From NCBI GenBank assembly GCA_003707115.1, contig PPNB01000003.1, forward strand, positions 434,001 to 498,000: DNA of 64,000 bases. The letters are read 5' to 3'. Below, in pieces: positions 51,111 through 61,537 of this stretch (positions within the stretch are counted from its first letter, which is position 1; each line of letters starts with the position of its first letter). The translations under genes and the position numbers were made by a program. Below the pieces are notes generated by a model, which worked only from the letters and a program-made list of their open reading frames with translations, was not told where the DNA came from and did not search any database. The DNA is from Tortispora ganteri (Eukaryota).

Positions 51111-52109
51111 ATGGAACTATTGGTCGAGAAACACGTACAATATGTAGTGAGCTTAGATAAACATAAAGATGACCTTGAATACTGGCTCACGGAACATGTC
51201 AGGTTAAATGGCATGTACTGGGGCCTTGTAGCATTATGCATGCTTAATAGTGAAGATGCTATTTCGAAAGAAGAAGCTATAGATTTTGTTTTGAAGAGCT
51301 ACGATCCAAATTCTGGCGGGTTTGGTGCTGCACCGCGCCATGATCCCCATATACTCAGCACTCTCTCAGCTATACAAATACTCTACATTTACGATGCTCT
51401 TGACAGAGTCGATATTGATGCCATTGCTGATTACATTTGTTCTCTGCAAAATTCCGAGACTGGAGCAGTACAGGGTGACAAGTATGGTGAGGAAGATACT
51501 CGTTTCGTTTACAACGCTGTTTCGAGCTTGAGACTATTGGGCCAACTGTTTTCCAGGGATGAAATATTTAGGTCCGGGAACATAGAAAATGGGTTTTCTA
51601 TGGATCTTGCAACAAAATACATAATGTCTTGTAAAAATTTTGACGGAGGATTCAGTTCGACGCCGGATGGTGAAAGCCACGGTGCACAAGCGTTCGTGTG
51701 TATTGGTGCTCTTACAATTATGGGTAGGCTAAATATCAGCGACTTTGATCTGACTGCCTCCTGGTTAGCTAAACGCCAATTGCCTGAAGGTGGACTCAAT
51801 GGACGCCCAGAAAAAATGCCTGACGTGTGTTACAGTTGGTGGATTTTATCTACTTTAGCTATGCTAGGAAAACTGCATTGGATCAACAAAGAAAAGCTCA
51901 TTCATTTCATCCTACAAGCCCAAGACGCCGAGCATGGAGGGATTGCCGATCGTAAGGGAAATTTACCAGATGTGTTTCACACTGTATTTGGATTAACCGG
52001 ACTATCATTACTTGGATATCCTGGTTTGCAGTCAATTAATCCGGTATTCTGCATGCCGACATCCTGTGGGCTTCCAGACATCTCTGAACAGCCCCCATTT
52101 TCAGGTTGA
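51111..52109 (+). CDS. BET2: Rab geranylgeranyltransferase (GGTase II) beta subunit
   Basis: YWLTEHVRLNGMYWG, GEEDTRF, NFDGGF, GGLNGRPEKMPDVCYSWW and DVFHT. Confidence 0.95.
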   Translation: MELLVEKHVQYVVSLDKHKDDLEYWLTEHVRLNGMYWGLVALCMLNSEDAISKEEAIDFVLKSYDPNSGGFGAAPRHDPHILSTLSAIQILYIYDALDRVDIDAIADYICSLQNSETGAVQGDKYGEEDTRFVYNAVSSLRLLGQLFSRDEIFRSGNIENGFSMDLATKYIMSCKNFDGGFSSTPDGESHGAQAFVCIGALTIMGRLNISDFDLTASWLAKRQLPEGGLNGRPEKMPDVCYSWWILSTLAMLGKLHWINKEKLIHFILQAQDAEHGGIADRKGNLPDVFHTVFGLTGLSLLGYPGLQSINPVFCMPTSCGLPDISEQPPFSG

Positions 52110-52211
52110 TATTTCACAGAATATTTAAAGCACAATTAACTACAGAAATTGTCTCTTGTCTCTATAAAATAGTTATGGGAATCGGCAACAATATGTTTTC
52201 TTCGTAAGTCA

Positions 52212-54431
52212 CTAATCATCATCATTATCACCTTCTTCTTCATCACTTTCGTTATCAGTTTCTTCTTCAGCAGTCTGTAGCCAATCAATAAATGTTTTAA
52301 TACCTGTGAGAAGAGGCTTATAATCATCAAATTTGGATACCTCTCGCCACCATGCTAGAATGACATGCTCAGGAAGAATATCTTCGTCATAGAGTATCAT
52401 ACAAGCATGCATCAAAATAGCCGATCCATTGTCATTTCCTCTTATTAAACAGGCTTCGGCCAAAGAGTACAACAAATCAAGTCGATCCGAATCGCTGAAT
52501 ACTTGTTTAGAAAACATAGTCCCATATTCTCCAAATATTTTCTGAACAGCAGCTGTCAATGGCATGCTTTCTTTGCTAATCAGTAACTCAACATGTCTCA
52601 CTAGTACATCAGCAGTTGCACGGCGAACTTTCGTATAAGGCGCATTCATGGCCAACCTTAAAGTCGTAAGCTCTAACTTCGCAACATCAACACCATGATT
52701 ATTAGACACAGCGCGTTCAATACTTGCACGAGCTTCACGTTCAAATTTTAGTTCCGCTCCGTCATCAAGGTCGCTACCGGACAATCCAGACACTTGAGAA
52801 TTCATACTGGCTCTTCGCGTTCTCAATTTCGTTTGCACTTTCTGATATGAACCAGTACTATGCGTACGGCTGTGAACAATAGGGTGATCACTATCGGCAT
52901 CTGAATCATCGCATAAATCGTTTGATAAACTCAAACTTTGCAACGCATATTCTAACTGTTTGGAAGGTTTATCTTGATCAGAATCTTCCGCTGCTTCTTG
53001 CAGTATGTATATTCCAGGTAACTGAGAGCCATATGGTGCGATGATGACCTCATCTTCAATATAGTCGTCCGAGTCAGAATCGGACGTATTTGAACGGTCT
53101 TCCTCGCTACTTAAGTCGTGACTAGCACTTCTATAACTAGACCTGAAAGTAGACACAGCTGTAAGCTTAGTTCCAGCATTAAGTTTTGTATTGTCAGGAA
53201 GTTTCACACCAAACGAAACAATGCAACCAGAAGGGATAAGACAGTTGTCTCCAACAGCAGCACCATCGGCAACAATAGCATCTTCTATTGTGGTGTTACG
53301 TCCCACAGTAACTTCAGAAAAAATAAACGAGTTGGTAATTCTGGAATTTTCACCAATAATGCATCGACGTCCCACACAAGAACTTGAGACACTACTGTTA
53401 GAGCCTAAGACGCTGCCCGCTCCTATAAGTGTTTTGTATCCGATGTCACAATATCTACCAATAGAGACATCACTCTCGATGTATTCATTTCCACGACAAA
53501 ATTTAAAAGAGGTAGGAACATTTCGAAAAGAGTTAGAGTCAGGAACCATCGGATAAGTCCATCTACCTAGAATATTGCGGGCTAGCTCTTTGTATGTGCT
53601 GAAATTACATACCCTAGCAGCATAGTGATCATCCACAGTGTGAATATACATAGTTTTCCCAAGAAGGTCGGATGTCAGTACGCCTCGAACAAAGTCTTTG
53701 CGAAGATCCTCGTAATCGAAATTATCCGTGAACAAAACTGGAACGTCAGGGGAACATATGTCTATTTGGCAGTCGATCAAATCATTGTGAATGCCCAATT
53801 GACCGTCCTTGCATTCATCCAGTATGTCCTTATCAATACATACCTTCTGAGAGGAAGCTTCAGAAACTTTATTAGGCTGATACATGAGCACTCGGTTTGA
53901 AGGTTTGGATACGACAAAAGTACCAGTCTCGGCTATAGCCCGAGTATGATGCGTAGCCGATACCTTTCTGGTAATCATAGTCATAATCGCGTTAGGATCT
54001 GCAGATCGACGAGCTCTATGAGCATCCAATATACCATCAAAGGGTATATTCGCCACTACGTCTCCAGTAATAAGAAGAAAATCGGAGTCGATAATAGCTT
54101 TTGAATCGATATCGCGCATAGCATCACCTACTGAGCGAGATTCAGAGCTTTTTATGATATTAACAACAAATGGAGATGAAGGTTTGCTCCAGCTAGAATC
54201 CTTGATGTATGATCTTATGAGGTCGGCATGTGCGCTGCATACAAGAAAGACTTCACGGACTTGACAGGAAGCTAGGAATTCTAACGTGTACTCTATTACC
54301 GGAATGTTTGCCAAAGGCAAAAGACATCTTGGTTTTTCTGAAGACAATGGCAAAAACCTACTCTGATAGGAATCTGTAAGTACTACAGCCTGTAAAGATT
54401 GGTCTTTTCTTCCTTTCTTTTTAGATGACAT
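52212..54431 (-). CDS. GCD6: eIF2B epsilon subunit
   Basis: LQAVVLTDSYQSRF.PL...PRCLLPL, FTDNFDY, hexapeptide left-handed beta-helix and W2 domain ending F.DWLQTAEEE. ATG at 54431. Confidence 0.95.
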   Translation of the reverse strand: MSSKKKGRKDQSLQAVVLTDSYQSRFLPLSSEKPRCLLPLANIPVIEYTLEFLASCQVREVFLVCSAHADLIRSYIKDSSWSKPSSPFVVNIIKSSESRSVGDAMRDIDSKAIIDSDFLLITGDVVANIPFDGILDAHRARRSADPNAIMTMITRKVSATHHTRAIAETGTFVVSKPSNRVLMYQPNKVSEASSQKVCIDKDILDECKDGQLGIHNDLIDCQIDICSPDVPVLFTDNFDYEDLRKDFVRGVLTSDLLGKTMYIHTVDDHYAARVCNFSTYKELARNILGRWTYPMVPDSNSFRNVPTSFKFCRGNEYIESDVSIGRYCDIGYKTLIGAGSVLGSNSSVSSSCVGRRCIIGENSRITNSFIFSEVTVGRNTTIEDAIVADGAAVGDNCLIPSGCIVSFGVKLPDNTKLNAGTKLTAVSTFRSSYRSASHDLSSEEDRSNTSDSDSDDYIEDEVIIAPYGSQLPGIYILQEAAEDSDQDKPSKQLEYALQSLSLSNDLCDDSDADSDHPIVHSRTHSTGSYQKVQTKLRTRRASMNSQVSGLSGSDLDDGAELKFEREARASIERAVSNNHGVDVAKLELTTLRLAMNAPYTKVRRATADVLVRHVELLISKESMPLTAAVQKIFGEYGTMFSKQVFSDSDRLDLLYSLAEACLIRGNDNGSAILMHACMILYDEDILPEHVILAWWREVSKFDDYKPLLTGIKTFIDWLQTAEEETDNESDEEEGDNDDD

Positions 54432-54640
54432 GATGAAGCACCCAATGTGTAGGTAGAAGAGAGAAATGGTGAAGATTGAATAATTAGAGTTTGTAACACA
54501 GGCAGACAAGTAAAACTATTTGCAACAAAGAATTAATTATTAATATTACTACAAATGATAGTTTTGTAATTTTTATTGCTGAAAGAACTGAAACAAAAAA
54601 GGAAAAGAGATGGTAATGTCATAAAGCAGGTCAAATATGC

Positions 54641-56626
54641 TTATGTTGATTTGTCTGCAGGTAAAGTTCCACTAATGCGACGTATAAATGCCATAAACCT
54701 GTTACCATATTCCACAGCAGGAACGGCCGATATTTCATGGCGATTCTTTCCCATACCTCGTACAAGCGTCTCCAGTCTTTTTCTAAATCCATACTTTGTT
54801 AAGCAATCAATAACACCAAGGAAGTATAATTCATTCAAAGGCATGTCATTCTCATCTGTAGCGATAAATCCTCCATCGTCTGCATAGAATAGGAATTTCT
54901 TTTTGTCGGGAGGAACTGTGAGAGGTAAAATTGCTGAAGAGTCAACAAGTGCTTTCGGGCTTGTATACCTCAATTTGTGACGGAGATATGCAGATTGAAG
55001 CTTGCGTTCTTTGGCATCTGTTGTGATCAGGGTCGAATCGTACATTGCTTCGTGGATCCCATGGACTTCAGAGGATAACCGTCCTGTAGCACCCATTGAA
55101 TTTTGTGAGACAAATGATGCATTACATCTACTTGCATCTGCAGCACCTGCAGCCGCAGATAAGTTCACAGGCATATTTTCGTCAACACTGTTGCGCACAG
55201 AAACATTGTGTTCAGTCATTTGAGAGAGCCGGTGAGCCGCCAACTCAGATTCAGACAGTTCAGGCTGATAAACTTTTAAGGTAGAATTGCGGATATTCTC
55301 GCTATTTCCTCTAGTAAGGTCATGAATTCCAATCAGCAGAGAATAATCCATAATACCAAGCCTTTTTAAAAGACTGACATCACACTCGAGTTGAGATAGA
55401 AAAAGTTGTCGTTTCGAAGGGCCCAAATTTATCCGTCGATGGTCATGTATCCAGTTCAAATCTTTTCTTACTTGAGAACCTTTAATTGGTTCTCCTTTTT
55501 GCGTCTTATTCTTCGCTGTGTTCAGGAACCTACCAGCAGTAGACCCCTTCAAATCATATGTAACGTGAATGTCTCTATTAGGAGGAAAGAGATTGTTCAT
55601 CACAATGAAATAAACCCTGCGTCCGTAGGGAAGTTTTACTCTATGCAAACCATAGAACTGAGATATTAGAGTATTTGGGTTAGCTTCAACATGGTAATAG
55701 TAATCCTTGAGAATCTGGCGCAGCAGCTTATGCTCCGCTTTGTGAATCGTTTTGATAATGAATCGGTAATCGCGTGAAAAATATAAAAAACTGCCACTTT
55801 TTCCTGGTGAACCAAGTTCAGAAACTATATACTGTGCAGTAAGCGAGACAAGATAATCAGCCGGATCGACATGAAATAGAATGCGAAGAGATCGAAAAAC
55901 TTCCGGAGCGTAATCTTTGAATTTAAAATCATATTTAGCGGATGGCGTAGGTTCATTCCCTGAAACGTCAAATGCAAGTTTTACAGTAGCCTTAAAGTCA
56001 GATGATTGTAGCGGCTTAGGCATTTTGGCGTTGCATCTGCTGACGGCTACTCGTATACCTGTTAACATGTTGTAGGCCATTGCGTAATTAGCATGACCTT
56101 CTGCCACTTTAGTCCCCACGAGCACTTGGTCATTTTCGGCAGCTTCGCGGTATTTTCGCGCTCTATCTTTGCGAAAAGCTGCAGCAGTTCTTCGAGCAGC
56201 AGCAGGAGATATATCACGAGCCGTTTGAGAATGGAAGTTTGGCACTTTAATAGGAGGCCTTGTCGGCGAACGAGAGGGAACAATCCGGAGATCATTAGAG
56301 GAGACTAGACCTTTTTGCAGGTTTTCGCAGGTATGCGAGTCGTAAATTACTGAAGCTGATTGTGATCTTTGTGCTTTGGGACGAGAAGGAGACGAGGGAG
56401 TATAATCAACGAGTAATGTTGATTGGGGCTGTGGTTGCGATTGAAGCGGCATATTAGAGGCATCTTTTTGGTTTTCTTGTTGATCAGAGTCAGATGGAAC
56501 TGTATCAGAAGATGTTAAGGAGTGGTCTGTAGATTCTATGTTAGAGAAATCTCTCGAAGACTTCTCCGTCAGATGTGGGATACTGAGATTCTGATCATTG
56601 GTGATATGGACAGCATTTATGACCAT
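54641..56626 (-). CDS. MSS4: Phosphatidylinositol-4-phosphate 5-kinase
   Basis: GHANY..AYNMLTGIRVAVSRC, FKFKDYAP, SPGKSGSF, YDLKGS, MDYSLL and GVID. Confidence 0.96.
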   Translation of the reverse strand: MVINAVHITNDQNLSIPHLTEKSSRDFSNIESTDHSLTSSDTVPSDSDQQENQKDASNMPLQSQPQPQSTLLVDYTPSSPSRPKAQRSQSASVIYDSHTCENLQKGLVSSNDLRIVPSRSPTRPPIKVPNFHSQTARDISPAAARRTAAAFRKDRARKYREAAENDQVLVGTKVAEGHANYAMAYNMLTGIRVAVSRCNAKMPKPLQSSDFKATVKLAFDVSGNEPTPSAKYDFKFKDYAPEVFRSLRILFHVDPADYLVSLTAQYIVSELGSPGKSGSFLYFSRDYRFIIKTIHKAEHKLLRQILKDYYYHVEANPNTLISQFYGLHRVKLPYGRRVYFIVMNNLFPPNRDIHVTYDLKGSTAGRFLNTAKNKTQKGEPIKGSQVRKDLNWIHDHRRINLGPSKRQLFLSQLECDVSLLKRLGIMDYSLLIGIHDLTRGNSENIRNSTLKVYQPELSESELAAHRLSQMTEHNVSVRNSVDENMPVNLSAAAGAADASRCNASFVSQNSMGATGRLSSEVHGIHEAMYDSTLITTDAKERKLQSAYLRHKLRYTSPKALVDSSAILPLTVPPDKKKFLFYADDGGFIATDENDMPLNELYFLGVIDCLTKYGFRKRLETLVRGMGKNRHEISAVPAVEYGNRFMAFIRRISGTLPADKST

Positions 56627-57602
56627 ATTCTCCTCGATTAGATCTTTTTTTTTGCCACTCTTCAGTAATAATTGTTCTTTTCCTTTCTATCTCAAAATTA
56701 GGCGGATAGGACCCTTAATCAATAAACGGCTCTGACAAAGAAATTAGATGTGTTTGCGAGGAAGTAGGCCGGATATGCAGGTAATTAAGCGCAAGGTAAA
56801 AAAGTGGGAGCCTGGAACTATAAGTATGCTACAAATCACTCACAATTCAATAAATATTTGGGAAGAGACACAGTTCTTGGGGAACCCGACCACAGATTGA
56901 AATGATAAAGAAGAATAATAATACAATGAAAGAAATGTTGTAGAAAGTATACCGAAAAATAGAAGAGTAGCTGTTTCAGACGCCGAACAGTGGATGTTAG
57001 CGAAAAAGGGAATAAGTGGTAACGCTAAAGATTGTTGGAGAGGATAAGGTGACTGAAACTTAGGAGAGACTCGCTAATATGGCTAGTAGTATGATCTTGA
57101 ATTTCGATCAAATGCAGACTTTGTAAAACAGAATTCAAATTAAAATAAGGGAACTAAAACATAGAATTACAGAAGAACTTAGAAACAAAACAGCAGTTTA
57201 ACCAATCACTGAAAAAAACAAATCAGAACCTGCAAACAATTATCAAATATTTTGAGAATGTTGAAACTCAAAATAATCAACTCCACGTTGATCAGTTGCT
57301 CCAGAGAATCAATTGGGTATATAAATCGTTAAATTTGATGAACAATAGCTAAATGAGCACTAAAGCAACAATTGACTCAAGTATATGCTTTATTGATTAG
57401 CAAATCAGATTGAATATGGACTTATATCTCAAAAAGGAAACGCTCGAGAAGTAATAATCATAGAAGAAATCAAACTAAGAAATGAAAACGAATTCCGCAA
57501 GCTAGACACAGTAAATGATAAACAAATGTCACTCGCTATCATAAATATTTATTTCGATAAATGATAATCATCACTTGTTCGACCTAGCAATTGTTACTCA
57601 CC

Positions 57603-58296
57603 CTATTTCTTCTTCGGCTTTGTGACTTTTGTCGCTTTCTTGACGGCGGTCTTCTTTGGTATTAGTTTCTTAGCGGCAACCTTCTTAGTTACAGCTTTCT
57701 TGGCAGGGACAGCTTTCTTGGTAACAGCGGCTTTCTTGGTGGTTGCGGCTTTCTTGGTAGCAGCGGCTTTCTTGGTGGTAGCAGCCTTCTTGGTAGCAGC
57801 GGCTTTCTTGGTGGTAGCAGCCTTCTTGGTAGCTACCTTCTTAGGAGCAGCAGTCTTCTTGGCCTTAGACTTGGGCTTAGCGATTTTCGATGTCGAGGCT
57901 TTAGACTTAGGCTTAGATTCCTTCGCAGCAAAAGTTTTCGATATTTTGATCATACCGGAGGGACCTTTGGGCTGGAGAAACTCGCCGGAAGTGACACCTT
58001 TCTTCAAAGCAGATTTCAGCATAGTTGCGCTTGAAGTTCCAGACAACTTATAAGTATCTTCAATATACTTCTTAATAGCATATAAAGAACTTCCTGAGCG
58101 TGTGTTTCCATTGTTGATAGCTTCCACTATCATAACTAGAAAGAATAGTTAGTATTTGGGTTTGTTTACAAACGCGTAACAGTAATCTAAAGCACAACGC
58201 ATCCAACATAGAGCGAGGTCTCGCTGCTCAAATATTTAAAGGCCAGAAATAATGCAAATTACCTTTATAAGTAGGGTGCTCTGAGATGACAGCCAT
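57603..58296 (-). CDS. HHO1: Linker histone H1; exons 58296-58263 and 58135-57603 (188 aa)
   Basis: Splicing gives MAVISEHPTYK|VMIVEAI...RSGSSLYAIKKYI...QPKGPSG, a single H15 globular domain followed by a K/A/T-rich tail. Confidence 0.93.
57712..57840 (-). repeat. 18-bp tandem coding repeat in the H1 tail (KKAATT/KKAAAT units)
   Basis: About 6-7 copies of TTCTTGGTRGYAGCRGC-like units on the + strand. Confidence 0.85.
58136..58262 (-). other. Histone H1 intron (127 nt)
   Basis: GTAATT donor, TACTAAC branch (58154-58148), pyrimidine tract and TAG acceptor. Restores the HPTY..MI motif. Confidence 0.88.
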
Positions 58297-58440
58297 GGCG
58301 AATTGAGCGGGAGAACGCGGGTTACAACAGTAAGTAAGATGCAAGAAGTCAAAATCAAAACAAAGCGGGTCTGCTTTTTGGATGGGGTCCAACTGGGACG
58401 TGCAAACTTTAAATTGACCGCGATCCTGCGGCGCACGTAG

Positions 58441-59130
58441 TTAAGCCGTATCAGTATAATAATAGATACCAAATGTCCATAGGCAGTTCATGAAGTAGCA
58501 TGCAAAGGTATACTCACTCATATATTTTTTATCAAGAGTGTAAAAGCAATCTAAACCCTGTAATGCGCTGCCTATACATCTTAGTGTTGTAGCGAGGTTA
58601 TCTAGACCGTTCGCGCCAGTACTCAGTACCATTCCCAACTGTGGGATCGGTCGGAACCCGTAAACAATAATACCTATGAACCAGCACAGATTTAAAACAT
58701 CGATATATAACAATGGCATTGGATATCCTAAAGTGAGGAATACACCAAATAGCATTAGTAAAGACATTGATACTCTGCACCCAATAGAGAGGTTTTGAGA
58801 CCGGCTCCATGTCTTCCTGTATCGTACATAAACAAGGTAATTGTAAATACTCACAATCGCAAATGCTAAAAATCCTATTACAGTGTGCGACAGTGGAAAC
58901 ATGTTATTAAGTTCTGTATCTGAAAGCAGAGGGAACCGTCTGGCTAACGATTCTTTACCTTTTATAGTGTGATACCCGAATGCACATAGTAGCTTCATTG
59001 TCCTCGAGATGAGATCGAAAGTGACATCGTCAATAGATATGTAAGCCACTGAACCGTCATGCTTTATCTGGTAAATTTGCTTGAGATAACCCAATAGTTC
59101 TAGAATTTGGCCAAGCCCGTCTACGTCCAT
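58441..59130 (-). CDS. Multi-pass membrane protein, probable divergent PQ-loop/cystinosin (Ers1-like) transporter
   Basis: Several hydrophobic helices, a second-repeat RPIPQL PQ motif, and a first repeat KQIY....SV..IS.D resembling a degenerate PQ loop. Confidence 0.55.
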   Translation of the reverse strand: MDVDGLGQILELLGYLKQIYQIKHDGSVAYISIDDVTFDLISRTMKLLCAFGYHTIKGKESLARRFPLLSDTELNNMFPLSHTVIGFLAFAIVSIYNYLVYVRYRKTWSRSQNLSIGCRVSMSLLMLFGVFLTLGYPMPLLYIDVLNLCWFIGIIVYGFRPIPQLGMVLSTGANGLDNLATTLRCIGSALQGLDCFYTLDKKYMSEYTFACYFMNCLWTFGIYYYTDTA

Positions 59131-59199
59131 ATAAAATGAAAGACGAGTAAAAAAAGGGAGGGCCAGCTACTTTCAACTAAAGTTTAACTCTAGCATAGT

Positions 59200-60684
59200 A
59201 TGACCGCCGAAGAAACACTTGAAGAAAGGAGACGCAAGAAGATCGAAAGAAACAGAGAACTACTCCGACAATTAGAACTTGAGGATTTATCTTCATCATG
59301 GGATCAAAAATCTGTGCCAAAAGTAAAAGCGAAATCTTCTGCCAAACGTAAGGCCTCTAAACCCAAAGAACGCGCCCCTTCTATACCTACGCGTGCCTCA
59401 GCGCGTTTGAGAGGAGTGAAGATTCCAGACAATGCTCCGGAAATCGACGGAGATCTTGTCAAAAGAGAAGATTCTCCTCCTACAAAAATACAGCGAATAG
59501 CAGATGATCGCGATCTTTCTGAAATAATAGGTACACATGGTCTTCAATGGGATACTGGTCTTATAACCGCACAGGACCTGTCAAAAGGCAGCTATCCTGA
59601 ACAACAGTTAGAACTTTTAGAGGAACCAGTTGATGAGTCTACTCAATCTTTAAGAGAATCACTTTCGAAACTGCGGATATATGAGAAATACAATCCTTTA
59701 GATATAAAAATTACTCAAGAAAGGATATATCAAATGGGGTTCCATCCGACTACAGACAAAAAGCTCGTTGTAGCCTGCGATACGGTGGGTTATCTCGGAT
59801 TGTGGAATGCTGACGGCGGAACAGAAGAAGACCCTGAAATATACACTTTTCGAGTGCATCCACGTGCACTGTCTTCGTTCTCATTCTACTCTGCCTCGCC
59901 TCAAACAATATATACCTGCTCATACGACGGTAGTATACGGTGCGTTCATTTCGATACCGGAAAGAGTGTCGAATTATATTATACAGGAAGGACTGAAAAT
60001 GGTCTTGAAGAAGGCGAAGAAGCTATATCTGAAATGTGCCATGTTGACGACCACATTAAGTATTTTGCTACTTTGGCAGGATCAGTTGTGCGTCTCGACA
60101 CACGTGAAAGCAACAAACGACCAGATCTTTTCCAGCTGCATGAGAAAAAGATTGGAGGATTCTCAGTTGACCCATTGACGAAAAATTATGCAGTTACTGC
60201 TTCTCTTGATCGAACAATGAAATTATGGGATCTGAGACAATTGAAGCCATCCAATGATCCAGAGACCTTTACTCCTGTTGGAGTCTATGATTCAAGGTTA
60301 AGTGTCAGCTGCGCATATTGGAACCGGTCAAATCAAGTTATTTGCAACGGATATGCAGACTGCATTAGTATATTTAATTTTAATTCAATGCCAAAGACTG
60401 CAGAATTAACACCTGTGCGCACAATCAAACATAATTGTCAGAGTGGACGATGGGTTTCTATACTACGCGCTAGATGGCAGGAATCACCTGCTGATGGCCG
60501 CAATAAATTTATTATTGCCAATATGTCTAGATCCATGGATATATACTCATCAAGTGGATCTTTGGTTGGAAGATTACGTGACGCTGAACTAATGACGGCT
60601 GTTCCGGCTGCATGTGCATTCCATCCGACCATGAACTGGGTCGTTGGAGGATCAGCCAGCGCAAAGGTGTATATGTACATTTAG
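59200..60684 (+). CDS. CMR1: WD40 DNA-damage-binding protein Cmr1/WDR76
   Basis: ERRRKKIERN..LL N-terminus, IKIT.ERI, LHEKKIGGFS, TASLDRT and HNCQSGRWVSILRARW. Confidence 0.93.
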   Translation: MTAEETLEERRRKKIERNRELLRQLELEDLSSSWDQKSVPKVKAKSSAKRKASKPKERAPSIPTRASARLRGVKIPDNAPEIDGDLVKREDSPPTKIQRIADDRDLSEIIGTHGLQWDTGLITAQDLSKGSYPEQQLELLEEPVDESTQSLRESLSKLRIYEKYNPLDIKITQERIYQMGFHPTTDKKLVVACDTVGYLGLWNADGGTEEDPEIYTFRVHPRALSSFSFYSASPQTIYTCSYDGSIRCVHFDTGKSVELYYTGRTENGLEEGEEAISEMCHVDDHIKYFATLAGSVVRLDTRESNKRPDLFQLHEKKIGGFSVDPLTKNYAVTASLDRTMKLWDLRQLKPSNDPETFTPVGVYDSRLSVSCAYWNRSNQVICNGYADCISIFNFNSMPKTAELTPVRTIKHNCQSGRWVSILRARWQESPADGRNKFIIANMSRSMDIYSSSGSLVGRLRDAELMTAVPAACAFHPTMNWVVGGSASAKVYMYI

Positions 60685-60694
60685 TTAAGCCTTC

Positions 60695-61537
60695 TTAATA
60701 GAATTCCAAAGGATCTTTATCCACTTTAGACACGTTAACTGACACGGGTATATCGCCGATATCGGCTTTAAACTGAGCAAGCAACTGGTCTTTAAGAGAC
60801 GCTTTCAAAAATCCTCGTTCAGTATTCGAATGGCCACAAATGATAGCCCAAGTTCCAGATTCTACTGCGGCTAATGATTCATGATGGCTTAATTCGCCAG
60901 TAAAATATAGGTCGACCTTTCCCGCTTCTTTCAGTACAGAGCCGCCACTTCCTGCGCATAACGCGACAGTACTGATGGGTTTAGTGAGAGGGCCATCACG
61001 AACTATCTGGACTGTTTCAATTTGCAATAAAGACTTTACGGAAGATATCACTGATTCAAATGATCTCGGTGATGCAAAAGACAAAATCCTGCCCATTCCT
61101 GGATTTTTATGGTTAGGCAATTGGGGTTCGCATGAAATAATCGGCGTTATTGTGTCATTACACGAGTTTGAAATGCCTTTAGCAAGCCAATCGTTTACCC
61201 CACCATTAGCAGCATCAATTGCAGTGTGTGGACAATAAACAGAGACTCCCGCTTGAATTAATCGAATGATAGAGTTTTGTTGCGAATTAGAAGTAGATAA
61301 CGACTTCAATGGACGGAAAATTATTGGATGATAAGCAATGATGAGGTTCACATTCTGCGATAAAGCTTCTTCAACAACACTAGCAGTTAGGTCAATTGCA
61401 AGCAACACATTCAGCTTATTAACTATTTTCGGAGGAGAATCAACTAAAAGTCCCGTATTATCCCATGAAGAGTCTGCAAGAGCTCTAGGGTATAATTTTT
61501 GAAATGATATGACAGCACGTTTAATTAGCGAGACCAT
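60695..61537 (-). CDS. NIF3: NIF3/YbgI-family metal-binding protein
   Basis: LADSSWDNTGLL, AYHPIIF, PHTAID, CAGSG, TGELSHH and HSNTERGFL. Confidence 0.95.
   Translation of the reverse strand: MVSLIKRAVISFQKLYPRALADSSWDNTGLLVDSPPKIVNKLNVLLAIDLTASVVEEALSQNVNLIIAYHPIIFRPLKSLSTSNSQQNSIIRLIQAGVSVYCPHTAIDAANGGVNDWLAKGISNSCNDTITPIISCEPQLPNHKNPGMGRILSFASPRSFESVISSVKSLLQIETVQIVRDGPLTKPISTVALCAGSGGSVLKEAGKVDLYFTGELSHHESLAAVESGTWAIICGHSNTERGFLKASLKDQLLAQFKADIGDIPVSVNVSKVDKDPLEFY

Noticed and set aside
29609..52109. Functional clustering of POT1/PXA2 and of the prenyltransferase genes RAM1/BET2
   Set aside because: The pairs are 14-17 kb apart with unrelated genes between them, which is consistent with chance.
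57622..58053. 143-aa hydrophobic repetitive ORF on the + strand
   Set aside because: It is the antisense shadow of the H1 KKAA repeat and starts at GTG.
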